A stretch of 64,000 nucleotides of DNA from Candidatus Zixiibacteriota bacterium. Its GTDB lineage: Bacteria > Zixibacteria > MSB-5A5 > UBA10806 > 4484-95. The DNA lies in the NCBI GenBank assembly GCA_037441845.1, contig JBBIRK010000002.1, forward strand, positions 64,001 to 128,000, given 5' to 3'. The position numbers and the translations under genes were made by a program. Below the pieces are notes generated by a model. The model was not told the origin of the DNA and did no database searches. It saw only the letters and a program-made list of their open reading frames with translations. Numbering within the stretch: the stretch's first letter is position 1; each line of letters opens with the position of its first letter. Positions 30,771 through 40,259 of the stretch are shown here, piece by piece.

Positions 30771-31364
30771 GAATCTGTCCTTTGCATTCTCGAGCTTAAT
30801 TGTAAAGTTATTCACGATAACTGTCAACATAAATAAGGGGATACTTCGTGCCGCGTCCCGTACTTCAATCGAATTATCAGGCAACTCGATTGTATAACGG
30901 TAATGACCGGAGTAGTATATGGAGTAGCGCATATGGACAATTCGTCAATCAGCCGATTAACTCGATTCCCTGAAACGAATGGACCCGATACTCTTTTTCT
31001 TGCGCCTTGCCCGTGACCGAAATTCTATAACATGCGTTGCCGGAAAAAGCGGATTCGACGATGACTCGGCTTTTGGCATCGCAACAAAAAAATCGCCGCC
31101 AAAGGACGATTCCTGAACTGCTGTAAAAATGGGGATCGGCCTCTGGCCGCCCGGATTAAAATTCAGTCAAATCAGATAGACCCAGTTTGCTATTGACGTC
31201 TGCTGCCCTGTTTATGAAATCGCTTGCATAAAGAGCCTTTGCCATATGTTTCTGCCCAATTCGGCCTTCGACGCTGCATGGTTAAGCGGCCGTAACTTAT
31301 TATCATACATCTTGATACCCGAGCTGGCAACGACCCCGATTTTTCCTGCGACACACCTGTCTCA

Positions 31365-31379
31365 TGGCACGCAAATTGC
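31365..31379 (+). promoter_or_regulatory. Sigma54 promoter
   Basis: TGGCAC-GCAAA-TTGC, perfect -24/-12 consensus. Confidence 0.7.
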
Positions 31380-31417
31380 CCCTATCGAGGACAACAGGTT
31401 TTTGGGTCTTTGACAAT

Positions 31418-31494
31418 GCGCGGGAGTGGTGTAGGCTGGACCCTTCCAGCCACCCCGAATGATTCGGGGCATCCCCCCTCCGCCACTCCTGCGC
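31418..31494 (+). ncRNA. Structured RNA element (three-way junction)
   Basis: Closing stem gcgcgggagtgg/ccactcctgcgc; hairpins ggctgga/tccagcc and ccccgaa/ttcgggg; C-rich linker. Confidence 0.5.
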
Positions 31495-31515
31495 TTGAAA
31501 AAAATGGAGTGACTG

Positions 31516-31623
31516 ATGTTCGTGTTCAACGAGGACAATTGTATCAAACCCAGGCCATATATATTGCATGGCATGATTCTCGTTTTGATACTTACGGCGA
31601 TCGTACTGATCCCGCTGAATTAA
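31516..31623 (+). CDS. 35-aa single-TM small protein MFVFNEDNCIKPRPYILHGMILVLILTAIVLIPLN
   Basis: GGAG RBS 6 nt before the ATG; hydrophobic C-terminal half; below the ORF-track cutoff. Confidence 0.5.
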   Translation: MFVFNEDNCIKPRPYILHGMILVLILTAIVLIPLN

Positions 31624-31779
31624 GCTCATTAAAATTCATACCCGTGCCGCCGCCGTTCGTATCCGAGCGCTGACTCTTCAAATCCGCCGATTAAGTTCCG
31701 CCTGAAATCGCTCGAAAATATAATATGGCGCGAAACTTTACCGTCGCCACAGCGATTTATTCAATGTAGGAAGAAATTG

Positions 31780-32790
31780 ATGAAAAATTCCGATTTCGAT
31801 AAGTTCAAGCGCGGTTTTTTGGAAAATATTTTAGGCGCGGTGGGAAATACGCCGCTGGTGCGTCTTACCAATTTAGCCCCGAAAAACGGTGTCGAGATCT
31901 ACGTCAAACCGGAGTTTCTCAATCCCGGCGGTTCGATTAAAGACCGAATGGCTCTCTACATAATCGAGAAAGCCGAGCGCGAGGGGCGGCTGAAACCGGG
32001 CGGCACCATAGTGGAAAACACCTCCGGCAACACCGGGGTCGGGTTGGCCATCATCGCCGCGGTGAAAGGTTATCGCACCATATTCACCATACCCGATAAA
32101 ATGTCTACCGACAAAATCAACATGCTCAAAGCGTTCGGCGCCGAGGTTGTGATCACCCCCACGGATGTCCCGGCCGATTCGCCGCAGAGTTATTACTCCA
32201 TGGCGCGCAAGATCGCCGCCGAAACACCGAATTCGCTTTACGTAAATCAATATCACAACCCGGATAATATTGAGGCCCACTACACTCTAACCGGACCGGA
32301 GATTTATGCACAAACCAATGGCAAAATCGATTATTTCGTGGCCGGTATCGGCACCGGCGGCACGCTTTCCGGAGCCGGGCGATACCTTAAAGAAAAAATC
32401 CCCGGCATCAAAGTGATCGCCGTGGATCCAATCGGCTCGATCTATTACGACTATTTCAAACATGGCAAAATGATCCAGCCTCATGTTTATAAGGTCGAAG
32501 GGATCGGTGAGGACATGCTGGCGGAGGCGATGGATTTCTCGGTCGTCGATGACATAATTCAAGTGAACGACCGCGATTGTTTTTTCACCGCCCGCGAGCT
32601 CACCCGCCGCGAGGGATTGTTCGCCGGCGGTTCCTCGGGTGCGGCCGTCTGGGCCTCGCTGAAATTGGCGGGGACAATCAGGGCCCCGGCCACGATCGTC
32701 ACCGTTCTCCCCGATTCCGGCAACCGTTACCTGTCGAAAATATTCAGCGACGATTGGATGAAAGCCAACGGCTTCCTGTCAAATGGCTGA
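31780..32790 (+). CDS. Cystathionine beta-synthase / cysteine synthase family PLP enzyme
   Basis: NPGGSIKDR, TSGNTG, GTGGT, VEGIG, PDSGNRYLSKIFSDDW. Confidence 0.92.
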   Translation: MKNSDFDKFKRGFLENILGAVGNTPLVRLTNLAPKNGVEIYVKPEFLNPGGSIKDRMALYIIEKAEREGRLKPGGTIVENTSGNTGVGLAIIAAVKGYRTIFTIPDKMSTDKINMLKAFGAEVVITPTDVPADSPQSYYSMARKIAAETPNSLYVNQYHNPDNIEAHYTLTGPEIYAQTNGKIDYFVAGIGTGGTLSGAGRYLKEKIPGIKVIAVDPIGSIYYDYFKHGKMIQPHVYKVEGIGEDMLAEAMDFSVVDDIIQVNDRDCFFTARELTRREGLFAGGSSGAAVWASLKLAGTIRAPATIVTVLPDSGNRYLSKIFSDDWMKANGFLSNG

Positions 32791-33964
32791 AGGAAATAAT
32801 TCGATGAGCGACAAGCGACAACGATTCGAAACCAAGGCGATTCACGCCGGCCAGCCGCCGGATCCCGCAACCGGCGCGGTAACCGTGCCGATATATCAAA
32901 CCTCGACTTACGTGCAAACCGGGCCCGGCGAACACAAAGGATACGAGTATTCGCGAACCGACAACCCGACCCGTCGCGCATTCGAGGAATGTATCGCCGG
33001 CCTCGAGGAGGGACGATTCGGAATCGCTTTCGGATCGGGAATGGCGGCGATCAGCACCTGCATGAACTTGCTAAAAAGCGGCGATCACGTGGTTTGCTCC
33101 GATGACGTCTATGGCGGCACTTTCAGAATTTTCGACAAAGTATATCGTCAATATGGCCTCGAATTCAGCTATGTCGATACCTCCGACAACGCCGCCGTCG
33201 AATCGGCTCTGACCGGAAAGACCCGCATGATATGGGTCGAGACCCCCACCAACCCGATGCTGAAAATCACCGATATTGCCGCCGTGGCCGAACTTGCCCA
33301 TAAGCGCCGGCTGATTTTCTGCGTCGATAACACTTTCATGTCGCCTTATTTCCAGAGGCCGCTTTCGCTGGGGGCGGACATCGTCGTGCATTCGACCACC
33401 AAATATCTGGGCGGCCATTCGGACATCGTCGGCGGCTGTATCGTAACCTCGAACTCCGAATTCCACGACCGCCTTCGTTTCTGCCAAAACGCCGTGGGCG
33501 CGGTGCCCGGGCCGATGGATTGTTTTTTGGCCCTGCGAGGATTGAAAACGCTGGCGGTGCGTATGGAACGCCATGAACAAAACAGCCGCAAGATCGCCGC
33601 ATACCTTCAAGGCAAAAAAGAAATCAAACGATTGTATTATCCGGGCTTGAAAACGCATCCCGGGCACGAGCTCCATTCCCGGCAGGCGACAGGTTACGGA
33701 GCGATTATCTCGTTCGATCTGGGCGATGACCTGAAAACGGCGGTGGCATTTCTGAAATCGCTGCGCCTTTTCTCTCTGGCCGAATCGCTGGGGGGAGTAG
33801 AATCTTTGGCGGAGCACCCGGCGATCATGACTCATGCCTCGGTCGAACCGGAAACCCGACGCAAGCTCGGCATCACCGATGGTTTCATCAGGTTGTCGGT
33901 CGGGATCGAACATTGCGATGACCTTTTAGAGGACCTCGAAAACGGTTTCGCGGCCATAAGTTGA
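32783..33964 (+). CDS. Cystathionine gamma-lyase/synthase
   Basis: PIYQTSTY, YSRTDNPTR, DNTF, STTKYLGGHSD, AESLGGVESL. Confidence 0.93.
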   Translation: MAEGNNSMSDKRQRFETKAIHAGQPPDPATGAVTVPIYQTSTYVQTGPGEHKGYEYSRTDNPTRRAFEECIAGLEEGRFGIAFGSGMAAISTCMNLLKSGDHVVCSDDVYGGTFRIFDKVYRQYGLEFSYVDTSDNAAVESALTGKTRMIWVETPTNPMLKITDIAAVAELAHKRRLIFCVDNTFMSPYFQRPLSLGADIVVHSTTKYLGGHSDIVGGCIVTSNSEFHDRLRFCQNAVGAVPGPMDCFLALRGLKTLAVRMERHEQNSRKIAAYLQGKKEIKRLYYPGLKTHPGHELHSRQATGYGAIISFDLGDDLKTAVAFLKSLRLFSLAESLGGVESLAEHPAIMTHASVEPETRRKLGITDGFIRLSVGIEHCDDLLEDLENGFAAIS

Positions 33965-34029
33965 CCATATCGAAAAATCAGCCTCCTTGACAATCGACGC
34001 TCGTGCGGTTTAATTTACACTGAAGATCC

Positions 34030-34779
34030 ATGGAATACCGAAAAGTCGATCTGATGGCGATCGGGGCGCATCCCGATGACGTGGAGGTGGGGTGCGGCGG
34101 CCTGCTCATAAAAATGGCCGATCGGGGATACGCCACAGGTCTCGTTTACTTGACTCGCGGCGAAATGGGCACCGGCGGCACTCCGGAAATCCGACGGCAG
34201 GAAGCCGAGGAAGCGGCGGCGATCATGGGGGCGCCGATCCTGGCCACGTTCGATTTCGGCGATTGCCGGGTAACCGACAATTACGAGGCGCGCCTTGCGG
34301 TGGCTCAGTTGATCCGGCGCCATCGGCCGCGTATCGTTCTTGCACCCTACTGGCAGGGCGGCCATGGCAAACGCCAGGGACATCCCGATCATCTGGCCGC
34401 CGGTCAGATAGCCATAAACGCCGCCAATTACGCCACGTTCAAGAAACTGCCGATACCCGAACCGATCTATAAAATCGGGGCCATGTATCACTATTTTCTG
34501 CCGCCTGAAGTCCCACCCACGTTCGTAGTCGATATCACAGCTCAATTCGATCGCTGGATGGCGGCCTTGAAAGCCCATCGCTCGCAATTCCTCAACCCCG
34601 AAAAAGACCGCGATTATATCTGGAGCCTAGAATCGATGGCTCGCGCCGCCGGACATCTTATCGGGGCCAAATACGCCCAAGCCTTCGGTATCGGCGAACC
34701 GCTGAAAATCGAGGATATCTTCTGCCTCGTCGGCACCTGCAACCGAATCCCCGACCGGCCCGAACCTGCGAACGATTAG
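34030..34779 (+). CDS. PIG-L family deacetylase (BshB1-like)
   Basis: AHPDDVE, LTRGEMG, HPDH, H.SQF. Confidence 0.85.
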   Translation: MEYRKVDLMAIGAHPDDVEVGCGGLLIKMADRGYATGLVYLTRGEMGTGGTPEIRRQEAEEAAAIMGAPILATFDFGDCRVTDNYEARLAVAQLIRRHRPRIVLAPYWQGGHGKRQGHPDHLAAGQIAINAANYATFKKLPIPEPIYKIGAMYHYFLPPEVPPTFVVDITAQFDRWMAALKAHRSQFLNPEKDRDYIWSLESMARAAGHLIGAKYAQAFGIGEPLKIEDIFCLVGTCNRIPDRPEPAND

Positions 34780-34975
34780 CGATTTTTTGCCGCCGCTCAC
34801 TTATCCGAGCATCATTGCGATACATCCATTATTTAAGTTGATCGACGTAAGTAAATTGAACGGCTGGACTCGTTATAACCGGAAGACTAATCGTAACATG
34901 TATAATATCAATAAATTACAATATTTTTAATGATTTATTTGATTTTTGCCGACTTTTCTGGTAAAAGGCTGAGAA

Positions 34976-35440
34976 ATGATCGTCGAGCCCAACGACAAAT
35001 ACTTCATGCAGATGGCGATCGCCGAAGCCGAGCGCGCTGCGGTCGAGGGCGAAGTACCGGTGGGCTGCGTGATCGTGCACGAGGGGATGGTGATCGGCAA
35101 AGGGCATAACCGCACCGAGGCGCTCTGCGACCCGACCGCCCACGCGGAGATTTTGGCGATCACCGCCGCCGCCAATCAGTTGGAAACCTGGCGGTTGGAA
35201 AACTGCACCGCCTATTGCACGCTCGAACCCTGCCCTATGTGCGCCGGAGCGCTGGTATTGGCGCGGGTGAGGCGATTGGTTTTCGGTGCCAAAGATCCCA
35301 AATTCGGCGCTTGCATGTCGCTTTACAATATACCCCAGGATATCCGCCTTAATCACCAACTCGAGGTCATTCCGGGTATCATGGAAGAAAAAATCGGCGA
35401 ACTAATGAAGACTTTTTTCAAGACGGTAAGAAGCAGATGA
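34976..35440 (+). CDS. tadA: tRNA adenosine(34) deaminase
   Basis: GEVPVG, HAE, TLEPCPMC, DPKFGA. Confidence 0.95.
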   Translation: MIVEPNDKYFMQMAIAEAERAAVEGEVPVGCVIVHEGMVIGKGHNRTEALCDPTAHAEILAITAAANQLETWRLENCTAYCTLEPCPMCAGALVLARVRRLVFGAKDPKFGACMSLYNIPQDIRLNHQLEVIPGIMEEKIGELMKTFFKTVRSR

Positions 35441-35886
35441 TAGGACGCGATTCGCAAAACGAGATTATCGGCCGGTCGGCTTCGATAGGTCTGGGAATCA
35501 TCATGTCGGCGAACGTTTCCTGCGTGCTTGTGGGATATTTTATCGCAGGGAAAACCACCGCGGCGATGTCGCTCGAACTTATCGTGCCGATTCTCTATGC
35601 GCTGGCGCTGGCCGATATCGGCGCCGGATTCATAGTCAAGAGTATGCTGTTGAAACCTCTCTATTCTCTGACCGCTTCCGTCGATTGGGAGGTTATCGGC
35701 AAAGTAATTACCAAAACCTCGATCGTGTTGGCGGCATTGTGCTCCGCCCCACCTCTTTATGGCTTATTGCTTGTTTTATTGGGAGGAGAATACAATCACC
35801 TGATCGGTTTTGTGATCATCAGCTTGGTGGGGTTCATGCTTCTGCGTCCGCGCGTCCGGGATCTCGAGAAAATTCGGCAAGTCTGA
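35437..35886 (+). CDS. Hypothetical 4-TM membrane protein
   Basis: ATGA overlap with tadA; four hydrophobic segments. Confidence 0.65.
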   Translation: MIGRDSQNEIIGRSASIGLGIIMSANVSCVLVGYFIAGKTTAAMSLELIVPILYALALADIGAGFIVKSMLLKPLYSLTASVDWEVIGKVITKTSIVLAALCSAPPLYGLLLVLLGGEYNHLIGFVIISLVGFMLLRPRVRDLEKIRQV

Positions 35887-35944
35887 ACTCTTATTGCCGA
35901 TAAAAACTCTTTTGTAAGCCTGCCAAATCTATTATAATTGCGCC

Positions 35945-36029
35945 GGAGAGGTGCCGGAGTGGCCGAACGGGGCGGTCTCGAAAACCGTTGAGCCGCAAGG
36001 CTCCCAGGGTTCGAATCCCTGCCTCTCCG
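35945..36029 (+). tRNA. tRNA-Ser(CGA)
   Basis: GGAGAGG/CCTCTCC acceptor stem, anticodon loop CT-CGA-AA, long variable arm, GGTTCGAATCC T-loop; CCA not encoded. Confidence 0.95.
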
Positions 36030-36177
36030 TTTTGTTTGCCGTTCATGCGATTCTGCTCCCCGACTGGAGCAAAACTCTTGGAAAATTCGTTTATAACGAT
36101 ATATTATATAGGTTAACAGGGTCATTCGCCCTGCGCGGATAACTTCAGCCTGTTTCATGAGCGGAATGGAAGGAATT

Positions 36178-37860
36178 ATGACCGGAAAAATCTGGCGGAA
36201 AATGATATTTATCGCGATCCTGCTGGCAGCCGTATCGACCTACGCTTTTACCCCCTCCGGCCTGCTCGAAATCCACTACATCAACGTCGGCTGGGGCACC
36301 GCTGTCCTGGTGATCGGTCCCGACGGCACCAGAATCCTGATGGACGGCGGAAGACCCGGAACCGGCACCGCTCATGTCGTCCCCTACATGCAATCGATTG
36401 ATCTTCTGCCCGCCGACGGATTGACCTATATGATCGCCAGCCATCAACATTCCGACCATATCGCGGGATTGACCGAGGTCATCGACCGCGGCTACGACGT
36501 GCAACAGGCGATCTATTACAACGGAAGCCCCTACAGCACCAGCTACGTAACCGCTTTCCGAAACGCCGCAGCCACTACCACCGCCGGACCGATCCGGCCG
36601 ATGCCGATAGGCACTGTCATTCAGCTCGGCGACAGCGCCACAGCGACCTGTGTATGCGTGAACGGCACGGTCATCGGCCATGGTTTCGTCCCCGGTTCGC
36701 AGGCCGACGAAAACGACAGGTCTATCGGGATATTGATAAAATACGGCGATTTCGATTACCTTTTCGCAGGCGATCTGGGCGGCGGCGAAAACGACCAAGC
36801 CTGCACCGGCAGAAGCACCGATCAGGTCAATGTCGAGACTCATCTTGCGCAAGCGATCGTGCCCGGCGGCGAGTACCCGTTGGTAAGCTCATATGGCGTC
36901 GAGATTCTTCATATCAATCACCATGGAAGCGAAAGCTCCACCAACGCCGATTACATGAATATTCTTACTCCGCGTTTCGCCTGTATCGCGGTCGGTTCCG
37001 GTCAATCGGCCGATTATATGTTCCCCCGCCGAGATGTCGTCGACAACGTCCTGCGCGCCTTGGGCTATTGTATCACCGCCCCTGCGGCGACGGTATTGCA
37101 AAACGAGGAAGGTAATCCCGCAGGCTCCCAGACCAGCTACAACGGCTATTGCGTCGGCGACATCATAATAAAGACCTCCGGCGAATATACCTATATTGTC
37201 GATGGCAGCGGCCGGGTGACCCAGGGACCCGACGAAAGAGCGCTACTGGGATTGCCGCTGACCATACCGTTCGACGAACCCCCGCCTGCTCCTGTGGTTC
37301 ACGTAGTTTCTCCCAACGGCGGCGAGACCTGGATCGAAGGGTCCCGACAAATAATCAGCTGGACGGTTGCCGATTCGAGCGGCGCCGCATCATACGCTAT
37401 AGATTATTCGACCAATATGGGAATAGAGTGGTTGCCGGTCCAGCCGCGCACTTCCGGCAATCCTCAAACATTCACCTGGACCGTACCGCCGACGCCGTCG
37501 CCCGACTGTGTGGTGAGAATCACCGCCTGGAACAACAGCGATCATTACGGCAGCGACGTCTCCGATGCCAATTTCGTGATCGTCGAGGCTCCCGATTGCC
37601 GTTACCTCCTCGGCGACGTCAACGGCGACAGCTCGGTCATCGGCGGCGATATAACTTTCGGGGTAAGATATTTCAAGGGATTCGGATCGCCGCCACCCGA
37701 CAGTTGTTATCTCGACTCTACATCAAGCTGGCTTTATGTAGCCGGCGATGTCAACGGTAATTGCGAATTCCGGGGATCGGACATGACCCGCCTGGTATCG
37801 TATTTCAAAGGCTTGGCCGAATTGAGTTACTGCCCCTTTTTCCCGCCGCCTTTGCGATAG
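36178..37860 (+). CDS. Secreted ComEC-like metallo-beta-lactamase-fold hydrolase with Ig-like domain and C-terminal dockerin
   Basis: Signal peptide; INVG.G, SHQHSDH, END.S, AGDL, HHGS; SPNGGE.W domain; dockerin matching that of the 1..3684 protein. Confidence 0.85.
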   Translation: MTGKIWRKMIFIAILLAAVSTYAFTPSGLLEIHYINVGWGTAVLVIGPDGTRILMDGGRPGTGTAHVVPYMQSIDLLPADGLTYMIASHQHSDHIAGLTEVIDRGYDVQQAIYYNGSPYSTSYVTAFRNAAATTTAGPIRPMPIGTVIQLGDSATATCVCVNGTVIGHGFVPGSQADENDRSIGILIKYGDFDYLFAGDLGGGENDQACTGRSTDQVNVETHLAQAIVPGGEYPLVSSYGVEILHINHHGSESSTNADYMNILTPRFACIAVGSGQSADYMFPRRDVVDNVLRALGYCITAPAATVLQNEEGNPAGSQTSYNGYCVGDIIIKTSGEYTYIVDGSGRVTQGPDERALLGLPLTIPFDEPPPAPVVHVVSPNGGETWIEGSRQIISWTVADSSGAASYAIDYSTNMGIEWLPVQPRTSGNPQTFTWTVPPTPSPDCVVRITAWNNSDHYGSDVSDANFVIVEAPDCRYLLGDVNGDSSVIGGDITFGVRYFKGFGSPPPDSCYLDSTSSWLYVAGDVNGNCEFRGSDMTRLVSYFKGLAELSYCPFFPPPLR

Positions 37861-37904
37861 CTATGGGCATAGTTATCGATTGACTCGTTCACGGCGAAAT
37901 CTAT

Positions 37905-38789
37905 TCATTTTCGAAGCCGCGCGAGTTTTTCTTTGGCTTTGGCGATATCCTGATTATAAATAATCGGAGCGGTGTTGATGAAATCCTCCAGATAGGTGAT
38001 CGCCATACCCGTATCGCCCACCAATTCGTAAAGATATCCGAGTTGAAGTTTCGCGGCCGCGAATTCCGGCGCCACCGACAGACAATCGTAAAAATCGGAT
38101 ATCGCCCTCTGGTAATTCCCCTGCTGGAAATTCACCATCCCCAGATTATAATGCAATTCGGGCGAATCGCCGCCGCTTTTAATCGCCAGTGCCAGGTAGT
38201 AATTCGCCGAATCGAAATCGCCGATATCGGCCCAGTAAGCTCCCAGATTGACGAATATCTCGGGAAATTGCGCCCCACAGCTCAATGCCGATTTGTAACT
38301 CGCTCCGGCATTTTCGATGTCGCCCAAATAGTCGTAGGCGACTCCGATATCGTAAAAAACGCCTGCCGAATCTTTCGTCGCGGCCAGCGCGTGGTTAAGG
38401 TCGCTTAACATCAGCTCGTAATTGGCGAAAATCTCGTGAAGGTAAGCCCTGGCCCTCCAAGCCTCGGCCAGCGTGGAATCGCGATCGATCGCCGAATTGT
38501 AATTGCTCATGGCCAGAGCCAGATTATCCTGATAATCGTAATATCTTCCCCACAAAAAATACACCATCGCCGATGACGAATCGATCGCCTGAGCCAGCTT
38601 CAAATATGTTTCCGCCTGAGCGAAATTGCCTTGCTCGATAAATATCTCGATAAGCTTTAACCGAGATTCCATATCGCTCGGGTCGGCTTCAGCCCGCTTC
38701 AGCAATCGGTCCAGGCTGTCGGGATCGCCGGCGTTTCCTGCAGCCGCCAACAAGACGAAGATAATTATGTTTGACAATGCTTTTGCCAT
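37905..38789 (-). CDS. Secreted TPR protein
   Basis: Signal-like N-terminus and repeated TPR consensus (YNLG, A..NLG). Alternative start at 38864. Confidence 0.85.
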   Translation of the reverse strand: MAKALSNIIIFVLLAAAGNAGDPDSLDRLLKRAEADPSDMESRLKLIEIFIEQGNFAQAETYLKLAQAIDSSSAMVYFLWGRYYDYQDNLALAMSNYNSAIDRDSTLAEAWRARAYLHEIFANYELMLSDLNHALAATKDSAGVFYDIGVAYDYLGDIENAGASYKSALSCGAQFPEIFVNLGAYWADIGDFDSANYYLALAIKSGGDSPELHYNLGMVNFQQGNYQRAISDFYDCLSVAPEFAAAKLQLGYLYELVGDTGMAITYLEDFINTAPIIYNQDIAKAKEKLARLRK

Positions 38790-38860
38790 TTGCCACGCCG
38801 CACGAACGGAATTATCGCTTTCCCTATGGCTTTTCCTGCGGACCACAACAACCGGCCGCT

Positions 38861-40258
38861 TCAAATTTTCCTTTTCCAGCGCACACCCGATGGCGTATCC
38901 TCGAGGATTATCCCCATGCCGTCCAGAATTTTCCTTATGCGATCCGACTCGGCGTAATTTTTCGCCCGGCGGGCTTCCTGTCGCTTCCGGATCAACTCCT
39001 CAATCTCCGAATCGAGCGCTTGCTCTTGGACATAAACGACCCCGAGCACGCCGTCGATCCGGCGCAGCACCTTTTGCAAATACGCCGAGTCTTCGACCGT
39101 GATCCGCCGGCGCGCTTTGATCGAATTTATCTCGCGGATAAAATCGAATACCGCCCCCAGCGCCGGCGAAATGTTAAGATCGTCGTCCATGGCCGTCTCG
39201 AATTCCCGCAGCCCATTGTCCGCGGCCGCCTGCACCTCGGGATTAAGGCCGGTTCCGTTTCCCTCGGCTATACTGTCACGAAAATCACGCATACGCGCAA
39301 TCGCCCCCGCGGCCGCCGCCAGCGAATCGGCGGTGAAATTCAGCTGCTGCCGGTAATGAGTGGCCAAGAGAAGATAACGTATCGCCAGCGGATTGTGCCC
39401 CTTGTCGACCAAGTCCTGGATAGTAAAGAAATTCCCCTCCGACTTGGCCATCTTTCTGCCCTCGACTATGAGATGCTCGCAGTGCAGCCAGTAATTGACG
39501 AATTTGACGCCGTTTGCGGCCTCTGATTGGGCGATTTCATTTTCGTGGTGCGGGAAAATGTTATCGACGCCGCCGGTATGGATATCGAACGACCGCCCCA
39601 GATATTTCATGCTCATCGCCGAACACTCGATATGCCACCCGGGACGACCGCGTCCCAGCTCGGTGTCCCAATAAACATCGCCATCGTCTTCCGACCAGGC
39701 TTTCCAGAGGGCGAAATCCGAGGCGGTTTCTTTCGCATATTCGTCCGAATCGACTCGCGCTCCTTCGATCAGTTGATCCAGTTTCATATGGGAAAGCGAA
39801 CCATAACGGGGAAAAGAGGAAACTCGATAGTAAATGGAACCGGCCGACTCATAAGCATGTCCCTTTGCCATCAGGGACTTTATCATGGCCACCATCTCCG
39901 GGATATGCTCGGTCGCCCTCGGATATACTTCGGCGCGCTCGATATTGAGCTGATCGATATCCCTGAAAAAGATATCGATGAACTGCCGGGTATGCTCGTT
40001 AAGCGAAACGCCGCGCGCCCTCGAGTCACGGATCGTCTTGTCATCGACGTCGGTCAGATTCATCACCTGAGTAACCCGATACCCCTTGAACTTCAAATAC
40101 CTCCGTAAAATATCCTCAAAAACGTAGGCTCGGAAATTCCCGATATGAGCGGGAGCATAGACGGTAGGACCGCAGGTATACATCCGAACATGACCTTCCT
40201 CCAGCGGCTTGAACTCCTCGCGGGAACGGCTGTAAGTATTGAAAAACACGAGCGGCAT
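38861..40258 (-). CDS. cysS: Cysteine--tRNA ligase
   Basis: CGPTVY, HIGN, GRPGWHIEC, KMAKS. Confidence 0.97.
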   Translation of the reverse strand: MPLVFFNTYSRSREEFKPLEEGHVRMYTCGPTVYAPAHIGNFRAYVFEDILRRYLKFKGYRVTQVMNLTDVDDKTIRDSRARGVSLNEHTRQFIDIFFRDIDQLNIERAEVYPRATEHIPEMVAMIKSLMAKGHAYESAGSIYYRVSSFPRYGSLSHMKLDQLIEGARVDSDEYAKETASDFALWKAWSEDDGDVYWDTELGRGRPGWHIECSAMSMKYLGRSFDIHTGGVDNIFPHHENEIAQSEAANGVKFVNYWLHCEHLIVEGRKMAKSEGNFFTIQDLVDKGHNPLAIRYLLLATHYRQQLNFTADSLAAAAGAIARMRDFRDSIAEGNGTGLNPEVQAAADNGLREFETAMDDDLNISPALGAVFDFIREINSIKARRRITVEDSAYLQKVLRRIDGVLGVVYVQEQALDSEIEELIRKRQEARRAKNYAESDRIRKILDGMGIILEDTPSGVRWKRKI

Positions 40259-40259
40259 A

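Noticed and set aside
30933..31776. SAM-I or T-box riboswitch upstream of CBS-CGL
   Set aside because: Consensus motifs are absent; the structured element found there is reported separately as unknown.
35945..37860. tRNA-Ser as an integration site for an island
   Set aside because: No integrase and no duplicated tRNA 3' end seen in the window.
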